42,752 bases of DNA from contig NC_068981.1 in assembly GCF_001194135.2 (NCBI RefSeq), positions 118,261,888 through 118,304,639 of the forward strand, in the 5' to 3' direction. Origin of the DNA: Octopus bimaculoides. Taxonomy: Eukaryota. The translations under genes and the position numbers were made by a program. This document shows positions 12,929 to 25,589 of this stretch, piece after piece (within the stretch, counting starts at the first letter, position 1; every line of letters starts with the position of its first letter). The notes beneath the pieces were generated by a model that saw only the letters and a program-made list of their open reading frames with translations, did no database searches and was not told the origin of the DNA.

Positions 12929-13700
12929 ATGCGACAACAATTGTTGCAGCAGCAATTACAACGACAACAACTATACCAACAGTTGCTGGATTTATTGTTA
13001 AAGTTCAAAAATATTTCGGGTTCGTTCTCGCCACGACGTAGCAAACGCAATTTCAGAATTTAGTTATAACCCAGAAGTAAGTATTACATTACTTTTTCTG
13101 CATGTTTCCGAAGATATGAAGAAATCTTCAAAAGGAAATGCAAAAATAGGACGGATAATGAAGATTATTAAGAAAATTATCCCCTGCCAAACTCGAACGA
13201 TGCTGTAACACCATTCTGCCAAAAGAAAAAAAAAGAAATCATATGAAATTTGTTTCGATGAAACAATTAAATTGTTATCGATTTGAGAGAAGTTTCCTGT
13301 TCAATACGCGCTAGGAGTGTTTGAATTTAGTAAAAATAGATGAAGATATCGTCACTTATGCTGGAGTTGCCAATCGAGAAAGTTAACAATTCAAACTAAA
13401 AGAATTAACCCCGGCCGTTTTCAAATGTCTAATTTTTGTCAAGGATTAACTGTAAGCAAAAATGCAGAGATACGTGCCCGGATATTGACAAAATTAGAAT
13501 AGGACCAGAATTTGACTCTGCAGGCAGTGGCAGAGGAGTGTCAGAGAATTATTGATGCACAACATAACGCAAATATTATTGAAGAAAAGAATTACTCTCA
13601 CTTGCAGAAAAGGAAAAAGGAAAACGAAGATCAAAAAACAATCCATGCTATGGGTGTATAGGTCTACATTTTAAGAAAACCTTCCCATAAATATATACTG
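12929..13700 (+). pseudogene. gag: Gypsy gag remnant
   Basis: MRQQLLQQQLQ...FSP / VANAISEFSYNPE / FRRYEEIF / ILPK / EDIVTYAG / FKCLIFVQGL...AEIRARILTKLE* / EECQRI, then a decayed zinc knuckle CYGCIGLH at 13646. Confidence 0.75.
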
Positions 13701-13789
13701 TAAAAATATAAATCGTTTTTCTTCCAGTAAAAAGATGTCGTCAGTCGAATTGAAAGAAATAGTAAAAAATATTTTTCCTGAAGTTCTGT

Positions 13790-15870
13790 CCGAGAAACTA
13801 AGTCTGTGTACCAAGACAAATGCGTGTTTTCAAGTAAAAGAAGACGCAATACCAGTGTTTTAACCAAAAGGAATGGTACCCTTCGCAGCGATGAAGCAGG
13901 TCAATGAAGGACTAGAGAAACTAGAAAATACTGGAGTTATCCAAAAAGTGGAATATTCTAAATGGGCAGCACCAACTGTATATAATAAGAAAAAGAATAA
14001 TAAAATAAATGTGTCTTAAAATGTGCCACTATCTCCAACCTACTCCGGAGGACATTTTTGCGAAATTGAACGGTGGAAAGTTATTTTCTAAATTGGATCT
14101 TTCTGAGGCATACCTACAAATTAGAGGAGACGATGAATGCTCGAAATATTTAACAGTTAAAACATAAAGGATTGTATAATTACAAAAGGTTACCATTTGG
14201 TTTTAAAGTCGCGCCTGCGATTTTTCAACAGATGATGTATGAAATGTTAGCGGAGTGTTTATTCGCAATTCCATATCTAGATGATATACTCTTGAAAAGT
14301 GAATCCAGGGATCAACACGTTGAGCACGCAACACATGTATTTGAAAATAAAATATTAAGGGGGACGGCTTTACCTTGATTGAAGAAATGTATGAATATTT
14401 CATACGGGAAATAAGATATTTAGGACAAGTTATTGACAAGAATGGACGACGACCTGATCTGTCTAGGAACGACGTAATTAAAAATATGCCTCCTTCGATT
14501 GATATAGCAACCTTACAAACATTTTCAGGACTGGTAAATTATAACCAAAATTATATATATATTGTTAGGGCTCCACTAAATAATTTGCTGAAAAGGTATA
14601 TGACATGAAATTGGTCACAGAATCGCCAAAAGGCGTTAGACAAAACTAAAAGAATATTAATATCTGATTTGTCGTTAGCTCAGTGTGACCCTGCAGCAGA
14701 GATGTTTGTTGCTTCAGACGCTTCTGAGTATGGTAGAGGAGCCGTTATACTACATAAATATAAGCATCGTAACATGATGGCGGTGGCTCATGCCTCATGT
14801 TCTCTGATATCAACAGAGAAAAATTATAGTCAAATCGGAAAAGCTCTAGCGATCATTCTTGCAGTAATTTCATAAATTTTTGCACAGTAGGAGTTTTCGT
14901 TTACAGACTGATCACCGACCTTATTACCGATATTTGAGTAAAAAAAAAAGAGTTCCTAGTTATGCTGCCTAATAGGTCACTATTCTGGGTCACGATATTA
15001 TTATAGTACGATTTTAAGTTGGAGGATATTCTATCCAAGAAATTAGGCCATGCAGATTGTCTATCAAGACTGATTTCGAAAAACGCAGAACCATTTGAAG
15101 ATACAGTGATTACCGCTTTACGGGCGGAAAAGAAAATTACAAATGTTTTGTATAACGTCATTCGTGAACTGCCAGTTACATTACCTGAAGTAAAATCAAA
15201 ATCGGAGAGCGATAGATTCGTTATAAAAATGAAAGAAACACTGAAGGCTAAAGGAAATAAAAATATGCGTAACACAAATGGGAGTAATTTCTTACTGTGT
15301 GACAATGTATTGTTGTATGCACAAAGAGTCGTAGTTCCAACGGCACTACAAAAGAGTTTATTAAAGGAATTTCATGTGTCACACAGGGATTTTGCGAATG
15401 AAATCACTAACGAGAATTTACGTATATTGGCCTACAATGGACAGGGACATTGAAGAGTCGTTGAAATCCTGAAATGGTTGTGCCCTTGCAGCCAAGTCAC
15501 CATCGATAAAATGTCAACCGTGGCCTAAAACCAGTAGTATATAGACCAGGTTTTATATAGATTTTGTTGGCCGATCAAATGGCACGTATTACCTGATTGA
15601 AGTAGACAGTTATACTAAGTGGCCGGAAATATGTAGATGAGGGTAACCAACCTCTATGTAACAATACATTTTTTTCATGAACTTTTTGCAAGATATGGTG
15701 TCGCGAACACCATAGCATCCGATAAACGTACGCACTTTACAGCGTATGAGTTTTAAAATCTTTGAAAAATGTACGCAATTGAACACACCTCTACTACGCC
15801 ATATCACCTATGATGAAACGGACAAGCGAAACGGTTCGTGGATACATTTAAAAGAGCATTAAAGAGACCT
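13790..15870 (+). pseudogene. pol: Gypsy pol remnant (RT, RNase H, integrase)
   Basis: SKWAAPTV; PTPEDIFAKLNGGKLFSKLDLSEAYLQI; RLPFGFKVAPAIFQQ; YLDD at 14274-14285; FVASDASEYG (RNase H); LLKEFHVSH; IDFVG...YLIEVDSYTKWPE; NGQA.RFVDTFKRAL (integrase core). Confidence 0.92.
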
Positions 15871-15999
15871 TTGATGTTCCAACGCCACAAGAAGTTGAAC
15901 CTAGCCGTAGCAGCACAAGAAAGAGGAAACAAACAGAACGGTTGGAAGTAGTACCTAAACGGAAGAAATATTAAACTTCCCTAGGAAGTAAATCCCAAT

Positions 16000-16011
16000 G
16001 GGGGGGTGGGG
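16000..16011 (+). other. Polypurine tract of the Gypsy element
   Basis: gggggggtgggg immediately 5' of the 3' LTR. Confidence 0.75.
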
Positions 16012-16238
16012 GTGGCGAGAATCATTGACACCCCTATGGGATTGAAAGAATGGACTAACCGAACTCTAATAAAGAGTAGTGTATTGGTTGAGACGGCGGA
16101 AGTTGAAGGAGTCGTTGATAGTTTGTGCTTATTGAAGTATCGTGTTTAGTGGAGTAATTTGAAGTACGTCGTGTGAAGACAATTGTGTCTATCCCCGCTT
16201 CGTAAAATCTCTATATCCAACGTATAGAAGGATATACA
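16011..16238 (+). repeat. 3' LTR (about 40 nt shorter than the 5' LTR)
   Basis: gtggcgagaatcattgacac...tgtctatc.ccgcttcgt...gatataCA; colinear with 12663-12927. Confidence 0.8.
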
Positions 16239-17739
16239 AATTTGTGAGCGAATGTCCATGATATTTGTATATTTATTTTATATTTTATATTATTCTCACT
16301 TTTTGCAATATGGTTCATCTAGGAGACAGCAAATCTGCTTCTAGAATCATTGGATTAGTGGATTTAACCAATACGGGATGTTGGAAAATGTTCGGTGCGA
16401 TACGGTGCAATGGGAATGAGTGTGGGTGATTGTGTGTGTAGATTTATGTCAATATATAAATTTTAGTTTGAATTAATCTAAGAAGAGAACGAAATATTTA
16501 GGATGTGTTACAGGGCAGAATTGCATACTAAATGTATCTTTGCTTCATATGTCCCGTACGTATTTTGGCAATAGTAACTGGATTACTCGAAGCATTATGA
16601 TTGAATTGAAATATTTCAAGACATATGTTGAACTTAGGTCTCTCCAACTGAAGTCCCAATCCCACCAAACATTCCTGGTGAGGCAGATGGTTTTCTAGGC
16701 AACTTGCAAGTGAAAACCAATAGCTGTGAAAGACTAGATGTAATGAGGATAATCAAAGTTATCCGTTCTTGTGTATATATATATGCATTTTTAAGATGCA
16801 TGCGAAGACTGGATTATTGATAGATGTGCGGAGGAAAACCAACCATGAGTCCTTGAGCTGCATCTACCACAAGTGCGAAATGCAGTAAATCGCTGAGGTG
16901 GTTGAAAAAAGATATATCACCGTGACCATACTACTGTATCCATGACATGCAGCTTATCCATGACATGGTGCTATCAATTTTAGCGTAAGACGGGACTCGA
17001 ACTTGAAATAACAAATGATGTCTGACCTCCCTTTCTGACAGTTAATTATCGTGCCTTCTGTAAAAACGAACTAACACCACTTCTGTTGTTTCATCGCAAG
17101 GAAGATTGTAATATAGGCAGGAGTAATCAAGGCAGAATGCAGCTACTTGCACTACTGTACCTTTACTTGCAACAGCATGTGGGAACGACGGACATGGTGT
17201 GATAACGATGAAAGATATACTAAGTAAACATTTACGTTATGGCTCGACCTACATGAAATATCAGCAAAATCTTTCACATATCACAACTTCCCTTCTTTAA
17301 AAAATAATGAGGAAAGTATCTAATGTAGCCTTATGTACAGTATGTCTGGAGGAAGAAAGTGAAATGATTATCGATGATACGTCTTTAATCATAGATTTGA
17401 TCGACCTCAGCAAACTTGGTTGGAGAAGCAAAGTAAAGAATAACATCTAGAACAACGATAACAGTAGATGTTGCAGCAACACCAACGACAACAATAGCAA
17501 AAAGCTAGTCAGAAATGAAACACTTAAAGTAACATCTCTGAGTTAATGATAGATAATGGTGTTTGTTTATCACTGCTAACAGCCCCAGAATAAGAAAATT
17601 ATTAGAAATAATTAACTTGAAGCACAATTCAAACAAAGATTTTAACACGAGTTAAGCTAACAGTGTTACTGTTTTATCACTTACAATCCATTTAGTTTCT
17701 TAAATTTGATTGCCTGCTGATTATTTTGACGCTTTCAAG

Positions 17740-18790
17740 ATCGTCAGCATCATCAATCATCATCGTAATGATCGCTGATATCATTATCGTCACCGTCAAG
17801 TGCATCGTTATCACCATCGTCATCATCAACACCACCAACATGAATACTGCTCCAACTATTATCAGCACCTCCACTACCATCACCTTTACAATAACTACTA
17901 TTACTACTACTACACACAACGTATCACCCTCACGCATTTATCACCACAAACTGTACCTATACCACCACTACCACCACCAATAACAAGAACTTAAGCACTT
18001 AACACAACTACAACCACCAGAACTAACTGCAGCATCACCACTACCAAATTCATTATCACCAATACGATCACTGCAAGTAAGAGCACCACCAACACAAACA
18101 CCAGCATCTTCTCATCACCACCACCACCACCACCACCACCACCACCACGATTGCTATCATCACCAACAGCACTACAAGAATCACCTTCAACATCACTACC
18201 GGAAACGGCACTACTACTGTACCACAGCAATCATCAGCACAGCCAACATCACAACCACCACCACCACCGCAAACATCATTGCCACGAATTCAATACTACA
18301 AACGTCACCACAAAGACTATTGCTAAAACAACCATACTCACCACCGTTAGCGCAGATATAATTCTAAGTCCACCAATAACAACATGGCCGCCAACGCAAG
18401 AATAAGTATCATCATTCTCACTACCAGTAACACTAAGACAGACTGTTACCATTGCAGTCACCATCAGTACAGCGAGGGAATTTATGTGTGGTTGTTAAAC
18501 CTGCTAGTGATGGCAGTCGTATCTCATTCAAACAACACTCTACTCTCTTCAAGAATCTAATTAAGTCTTAGATAACTCAGAATAGAATAGACGAGCAACG
18601 TTATAATTATATATTTGAGCTGGGGTTAAAAATCTACAAATATAGTCATACTGCATTCATCATCATCATCAGTCATCATCACCACAATTAATCATAATCA
18701 TCATCATTATTGTCATCGTCGTTGTTGTCCTCAATTTCATCATCATCGTCGTTGCTGTCATCTTCATCGCCGTCGTCATATTCATCAGCA
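17740..18790. repeat. Low-complexity (CAT/CAC/ACC/AAC)-rich trinucleotide region
   Basis: Directly visible; gives His/Thr/Ile/Pro-rich spurious ORFs on both strands. Confidence 0.85.
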
Positions 18791-19488
18791 TCGTTTTCGC
18801 AGCTTCAGAAATTGTTTACATTGTTTTTCCTTGTTTGTTTCACTCTGTAGAACACTAAGTGTTGCCTCTTCCTTTAAACTAGAAATCTACTGTCGTAATG
18901 TCACTTGAGAGGGAACTTGTATATGGTCAACTAATCTGGTAGGATATCTGCCAAATGGTCTTAAAGTATACCCTGTCGTCGCTAGAAACAGAAAGAGAGA
19001 ACAATATAATCTGATTTATGTTATACTTGATAAACAAAAGCGAGATAGTAAGACACCTAAAATAAGGACCGCATCTTTTAAATTTTGTAACAGACAGTAG
19101 AGATTTTCTGCAAATTCTTAGAAGAATATAAGTCAGGCATAATACCTGTTTAAATGTACATAAAGTAACAATGTTACGTTTCTTATAAAGAAAACAGCCC
19201 ACAAACTACGATAGCAGACTGTTTTTCCACCTTAACATTGGCACAACTTAAAATGTGTCTGATAATACCATCTGTTTTCACATTCTTTATATATAATAGC
19301 CAAGATAAAGTAACATACTATGATTTAATAAACTGCAACTTGAGATATAGAAAATATTCCACAGGATGCAAAAAGCTATTCAGGACAGAACTGATGGCAC
19401 CTTTTTACTTAAAATTATTACGAAACAGAGGGATTTTATAGAGTTTTCAAAGAGTGTTGTATTGTTAACAGTTAATTGTAGCGTCAAG

Positions 19489-19563
19489 GGTTGTTTAGCT
19501 TAATGGTGCAGTGCACTCAACTGGATTTTGAGAGTAACAGGGTTCGGTTCCCTGTAGCAACTG
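19489..19563 (+). pseudogene. tRNA-like cloverleaf (tRNA pseudogene or isolated SINE head)
   Basis: Acceptor ggttgtt/agcaact (with G-T pairs and one extra T), A-box-like tagcttaatgg, anticodon stem ctcaa/ttgag with 7-nt loop ctggatt, T stem caggg/ccctg with loop ttcggtt. D stem is poor and position 37 is not a purine. Confidence 0.5.
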
Positions 19564-19582
19564 GCTGACCACTTTTTAACCG

Positions 19583-19793
19583 CGGCCAACTGGCAGAAAC
19601 GTTTGCTCGTCGGGCAAAATGCTAAGCGGCGATTTGTCCGTGTTTAGGTTCTGTGTTCAAATGCCATCGGGGTGGACTTTGCATTTTATCCTTTCAGAGA
19701 CGATAAAATAAGTACCAGTTGAAATCTGGAGTCGATGTAATCGACATAGCCCCTCACCCGAAATTTATGGCCCTTTGCCAAAATTTCAAGCCA
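19583..19793 (+). mobile_element. tRNA-derived SINE with Deu/Nin-like central domain
   Basis: ctggcagaaacg...gttctgtgttcaaatgcc (B-box-like)...tcctttcagagacgataaaataagtaccagtt...gtcgatgtaatcgac...ccgaaattt...ccaaaatttc; homologous to the adjacent copy. Domain name is from recall. Confidence 0.8.
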
Positions 19794-19812
19794 GTATTTA
19801 AAAGTACATAAA

Positions 19813-20020
19813 GTCGGCGAGCTGGGAGAATTGTTTTCACGCTGCGCACAATGCGTTGAGATATTTCGTCCGTCTTTGTGTTCTGTGTTCAAATGCTGCC
19901 GAAATCGACTTTACATTTCATCCTTTCAGGGTCTATGCAATAAGTACTAGTGCTGGGATCAATTTAATCGACTCAGCCCCTCCCCCGAAATTACTGGCCT
20001 AGAAACAAAATTTGAAACCT
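19813..20020 (+). mobile_element. Second tandem copy of the same SINE
   Basis: ggcgagctgggagaa...gttctgtgttcaaatgc...tcatcctttcagggtc...aataagtactagt...aatcgactcagcccctcccccgaaatt...aaaatttgaaacc; colinear with 19583-19793. Confidence 0.8.
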
Positions 20021-20316
20021 ATATTTAATCGTGGTACATTCTTTAAAAGGGGTCTCTAGTTTCAAGAGTGTCTGCTATTTGCGTATCTGGTGTCCATAAC
20101 TCTGCGAGGAAAAGGATTGTGTAACAGATTATATATTTCATAGGTTTCCGTAGTCTCAGTGGAATATACTGATATAATAAGTATCAACGCCAAGTCCTCG
20201 AACTTCAAGGATTAGGAGAAGAAATAATGAGATAAAAAGATATTTCATACAGAAATTGTACGATGCATCTAAAGGAAAGAATAGATCTTAATAACAAAGG
20301 CCGGTCTATTACAGCA

Positions 20317-20363
<47 letters not shown>

Positions 20364-20828
20364 CGTCTGTGTGAGCGTGTGTGTGAGAGTGGAATAACAC
20401 TAATGAAATAATGTAACAGAAAGCAAAGAGTAAGTGCTTACATGGCTGCTTGATCTGCTTAATATAGAAACCTATCGCGTCACAACCCTCTTATAACAGG
20501 AACGACAATATAGATAAGGTAATCCTGGCAAAAGTAAGTATAGGATGATGATTGTAGAACGATTTTACTCAAAGATGTTTTCGCGTGGCAACAATAATGA
20601 AACTGTTTTGAGCTGAATGGCTGTTTTATTTAGGAAGAAATCATTACAGCTTTAATTCAGACAAAAATAAGCATTTTTACATCCTTTCGAACCACTGACT
20701 CAGAGACCCACAACACTGTTTCTTTCATCTGCCCAAATTCGTTATTTTGGAACTAAAAATCTCAAGAGTTGGCTTTAAGTCTTATGTTAACATGCCGAAA
20801 CAAATAACTAATCCACATTTTCTCTTGG

Positions 20829-21039
20829 GTTTATTTCAGTCATAAGATTGCGACCATGCTAGGTCACGGCCTTGAGGAATTTTTAGTCGAATGAATGGAA
20901 ACCGGTACTGTTTTTTGTTAATTTTTGTTGAGGCCTGGTACATATTATATCTGTCTTTTTGCCATACCACTAAGTTACGGATACATAAACAAACTAACAT
21001 CGCTTGTTAAGCGGGAGACACAAGACACAAAGACACAGA
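20829..21039 (-). mobile_element. 3' module of a composite octopus-type SINE
   Basis: tttcagtcataagattgcgaccatgc...ttagtcgaa...ccactaagttacgga...ttgttaagcggg...acacaga is colinear with 38701-38880. Confidence 0.75.
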
Positions 21040-21694
21040 TATATATGCATGTGTGTGTGTGTGTGTGTTTATATATATATACATATATATANNNNNNNNN
21101 NNNNNNNNNNNNNNNNNNNNNNNNNNNNNNTGTGTGTGTGTGTGTTTATATATATATACAGGCTGCAGGGCTACACCGACAACGACTTAGCGGAAAATCT
21201 GCCTGGGGTTAAACTTGTAGTAGCATGGAACAGCTACTGTGACGTGGCGATTAACTTCACTTCTTGGTATAGTTACTATTCTCATCTCTTCTTGAGATTT
21301 TACAACTAACTACTTTGCTTGTTGCAGATCAGTGACCGATGGACGCTTTGTATATGATATATTGCTAGCTGGAGGAGACTCTGCTCGTCTCTCTGGCGAC
21401 CAGGTGTTCGCGACTGAAAATGAGCAAACTAGCTCGAAACTGAGTCAGTCTCGCGATCCTGTTGTCTGCTGGAAAATGGAAGGGTTCACTCCCCTGCTAG
21501 CAATAAATATGTACAGGGTACGGAAAGATCTGCCTGGGGTTAAACTAGTAGTAACCTGGAACAGCCGCTCGGGAAGAATGGAAAATTCTTTGATGTTTCA
21601 AACCTACGCACTTCGACAGAAAGCGATGAGAGGAGAAAATGGAGAAAGAACGAAAAAAGAAATGGAGAAAGAAAATTTTTAACAGTTTAACATG

Positions 21695-21850
21695 ATACGA
21701 CAGGCCTATTTCAGTTTCTGTCTACCATATCCACTGAGAAGACTTTGGTCGACCCTAGGCTAAAGTAGAAGATACTCGCCCAATGTGCCACGCAGTAGGA
21801 CAGAACTCGAAATCATGTGGTTGGGTAGCAAACTTCTAACCACAGCCACA
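21695..21850 (-). mobile_element. 5' (tRNA-derived head) module of the composite SINE
   Basis: atacgacaggcc..ttcagtttctgtctacca...ctttggtcgaccctaggcta.agtagaaga.actcgcccaa.gtgccacgcagt...gaactcgaaatcatgtggttgggtagcaa is colinear with 38903-39070. Confidence 0.75.
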
Positions 21851-23909
21851 TTTGGATAAAACATTACCAGACTTATAAGGTCTGGTTGTTGTTGAAACTA
21901 AGGCTTCCAATCGGTCCACCATTCCACTTTTTACCTACACAGTGTACAATAGGATTATATTCTCCAATATCATCTCGTCTACTAAGAGAAGTTTTGCAGT
22001 CTATATCTAGCAAGTCAAATCACACTTCAAGGCTTCCTTGTTGACTAATTCACACTGTGTTTCCTTATATGAGTATTCAGTGAAATACTAAACCAATACT
22101 TCAGATAATAGTTCTTCAGTTACGATTCCATTTAATTAGATAATATTTTATTTTTGCTTAGGGTCTTAGTGCCGAATATAGTTGTTATTGTTTACGGAAA
22201 CCACTTTGAGAATGATTTAATAAGATCTTATTAAACCTATGTTCCTTGATACGGAATAGCAATAGATAATATGTTGAAAAGTAAGTTAACATTTGTTTCC
22301 AGAATCGAATATTTATACAATTATGTCAAACAGCTTCTCATTTAATTTGAAGATTTTAATTCAGTTACATAAATGTTTCTTGTGAGTGACCTGTGGAAAT
22401 AGTAAATAATTTCGCGTGATTTAAATATAAATAAAATGTGGGTAATCGTTAAAAAATTATTCCTTAAGTGTATGTTTTTTAGCTATATTTGCAAAATTAT
22501 GTGGGATACTAATTGCCGAGCCACATGTAGATGTATTTGATAGACACAATACACGCACATAAACACAAATGTGAATTTATGTGAGAGATTGAGAATGATA
22601 TTTGTGCATAAGTAAAACGATTAGAGGGATTTTTTTCTGTTTGGCTGCATCTTTTCAAAATTTAAAGTGAAGTGAAAATTTTCAAATTGTGTGTACTTAT
22701 GTAATTTTTCATGCTATATTTCAGGACATAATACGAACAAAAGTTTTTTTTTTAATTTATAGAGGTTTAATGTTTGAGCATTTTTACCCAGTCAGAAAAT
22801 ATTTTGTGGAAGCTGTCATTTTGTACGTGACTGCAAGTGACATTATCATTGGGTAATAGTACGTATTTTAATATCAGTTATAAACAAATTAAATATTTGC
22901 GAAATTCTGCTTTACGCACGCCGTATAACCCTCATAACTTTTTTATTTTTGGAATTTTTATAAATTTTTCAAATGTGTATTCTACACACAGGAATTAATA
23001 CGATTATGCAAACACCAAGACTAAAATTTTGGTGTTTGATTTAAAGCCTATCTAGCTGTTCGTTTGAGCACACCTCACGACCACGTCATAACTTGTCTTT
23101 TAAACTTTTAATTAGCAAAAATTGACAATATGGTTAAACAGAACAGCAACAGAGTGATAAGTAGCTTGCTAACAGCTTGGCTTCTCACTATGGAAGCAGG
23201 CACGTATATATCGGTGGCTTTCGATTGGCTAAAACTAACCAAACTTTGGAAATGTTTAAAGCTATTAGCTCGTTATTAGGCGATTTATGGCGAAAATGAA
23301 TTCCATGTCAATAATTACCATACAACAATACGCCAGATATGAAATCAATTGGAGTAAATGTGAAGAAATTGAAAAGCGGCAGCCAAGCAGAAAAGATCAT
23401 AATATATTAAACGGCCATGATTCTTCTGCTGTTCAATAAATTGCCCTCAAAAGCTCGTGAAATTAATACGACATATTTTTCATTAAGCCCAATCTCAAAC
23501 AACATTAGCATAAAACAATGTGACAAGTAAACGCCTTTAAATTTCAGATAAAATCTATCAAGCTGGTTTTCGTACATTTTCCCTCAACACAGTTTCAACT
23601 GAGGACATACAAAATGACGCTTGTTCCAGACACTTCGCAGCGGAGTCGAAACTAATACCGCATGATTGCGAAATGATCTTCTTAACGCTACTAGTGCGAA
23701 ACGCAAGTAAGTGGAAGGAAGTACTCAATAGTATCAATTACATTTCCAGAATTTTTATCCAGACCTCTGTTTGCGTGAATAAGCTTCAGCCAAATATTTA
23801 TTGCTATATACTACTTTATGCGTGTTTGTGCGAATATATCAGTTATATGATGCATACATATACATATATATGTGTGTAAATACATACATATATATATGTT
23901 TATATTTCA

Positions 23910-23951
<42 letters not shown>

Positions 23952-24498
23952 NNNNNNNNNNNNNNNNNNNNNNNNNNNNNNNNNNNNNNNNNNNNNNNNN
24001 NNNNNNNNNNNNNNNNNNNNNNNNNNNNNNNNNNNNNNNNNNNNNNNNNNNNNNNNNNNNNNNNNNNNNNNNNNNNNNNNNNNNNNNNNNNNNNNNNNNN
24101 NNNNNNNNNNNNNNNNNNNNNNNNNNNNNNNNNNNNNNNNNNNNNNNNNNNNNNNNNNNNNNNNNNNNNNNNNNNNNNNNNNNNNNNNNNNNNNNNNNNN
24201 NNNNNNNNNNNNNNNNNNNNNNNNNNNNNNNNNNNNNNNNNNNNNNNNNNNNNNNNNNNNNNNNNNNNNNNNNNNNNNNNNNNNNNNNNNNNNNNNNNNN
24301 NNNNNNNNNNNNNNNNATGAAACTATTAAAAGCATATATTAAACATATATTTGTGTGTATTTGTAGGGATATATTCAGGTAAGTGTGTACGTAAGGAGTT
24401 AGGGAGGGAGGTAGGTAGGAGGGGAAGGAGTGAGTAGAACGAGGGAGTGATGGAGGGGAAAGGAGGGAGGGAGGTAAGCAGGTTGATAGGTAGGTATA

Positions 24499-24564
24499 TA
24501 GGTAGGTAGGTAGGTAGGTAGGTAGGTAGGTAGGTAGGTAGGTAGGTAGGTAGGTAGGTAGGTA
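24499..24564. repeat. (TAGG)n microsatellite
   Basis: Directly visible. Confidence 0.95.
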
Positions 24565-25070
24565 CATACGTACATATGTAAGTAAATTGCTATTATTGCG
24601 TCTCCCAAACTACAATAATTTTACTGTCATATTAGCCTATTACTCATAGCACCAAATTAAATGGCAAACATTAAACGAAAACGAACAGTTCTAGTTTGTT
24701 CCTTTGCATATTGCTTATTGCATAGAAGCAACACCTACTCTCTGGTGAGAATATTACACGGAATCTTTATGAGGCTATTAATCTATGCTTCACAAATCAT
24801 ACGTAGTTTCAGAAGATGCTACAGTTAGTAACCTTTCGTTATTGGCATCATTCTCTTCCCAGAAGTTGTTTACCTATGACTCTATGCACATGAGTGTATG
24901 TATAAATGAATGCATGCATGTGTACATGTGAGTATATACGTACGTATTTATGTTTTCATGTCTGTTAAAAGTCTTAGTGTTTCGCTTCATGACTATTGCC
25001 TTTAAATAGACAGACATACAAACACACATACAGATGTATTGAAAGGAGAGAGAGAAAGAAAAAAGAGAGG

Positions 25071-25149
25071 AGAAGAAGAAGAAGAAGAAGAAGAAGAAGA
25101 AGAAGAAGAAGAAGAAGAAGAAGAAGAAGAAGAAGAAGAAGAAGAAGAA
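25071..25149. repeat. (AAG)n microsatellite
   Basis: Directly visible; pure tract. Confidence 0.97.
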
Positions 25150-25589
25150 TGGAGTGGACTAGAAATATATATTTAGTTATACATATATATATATAAGCAT
25201 GTATAGAGAAAATGAAAGAGAGATTCAGAGTGAAAACGAAAGTTAAATATACACAGACAGAAAAACCAGACTAAACCATACTTAAATTGCAGTGGGAGAA
25301 TATCGGAAGATGATTTGATTGCAAAAGCCATTCATTTTGTCTGTGCAGGCGTCAACAGAAGTGCAGTACTTATTTGCAATACTAAATGCAATCAAATAAT
25401 AATAAATACCATCATGGATTTGGATTAGAGTAAAATATATCATTGTCCACCTACAGACGGCTTCTCACATACAAACAATTATCCACACCCTCTACGAGAC
25501 TGAAAAACAGAATAGACACGGTTGAAGCTAATAGAACACATGAAAATAAATGAATCGCAAGAGATATGTAGGAAGTCAGAGTACGTAAA

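Larger units (their letters stand above)
12663..16238 (+). mobile_element. Degenerate Ty3/Gypsy LTR retrotransposon (K02A2.6-like), internally deleted
   Basis: Two related LTRs, gag-RT-RNaseH-IN order (Gypsy order), polypurine tract before the 3' LTR; many stops and frameshifts; no protease motif found. Confidence 0.92.

Noticed and set aside
13025-13034. ttctcgccac, reverse complement of the Gypsy LTR start, as an alternative LTR end or self-priming site
   Set aside because: It lies inside recognisable gag coding sequence (FSP before VANAISEF), and LTR-LTR similarity stops near 12927/16238.
17692-18464. His/Thr/Pro-rich ORFs that could be read as a mucin-like or His-rich protein
   Set aside because: Trinucleotide low-complexity DNA with short overlapping ORFs on both strands, frequent stops and no splice or domain evidence.
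21050-21160. Duplicated (TG)n-ttt-(AT)n-ca block on both sides of the 39-N gap
   Set aside because: Most likely overlapping contig ends that the assembler failed to merge.
23009-23038. 10-bp hairpin caaacaccaa/ttggtgtttg
   Set aside because: Isolated; no element boundaries could be defined around it.
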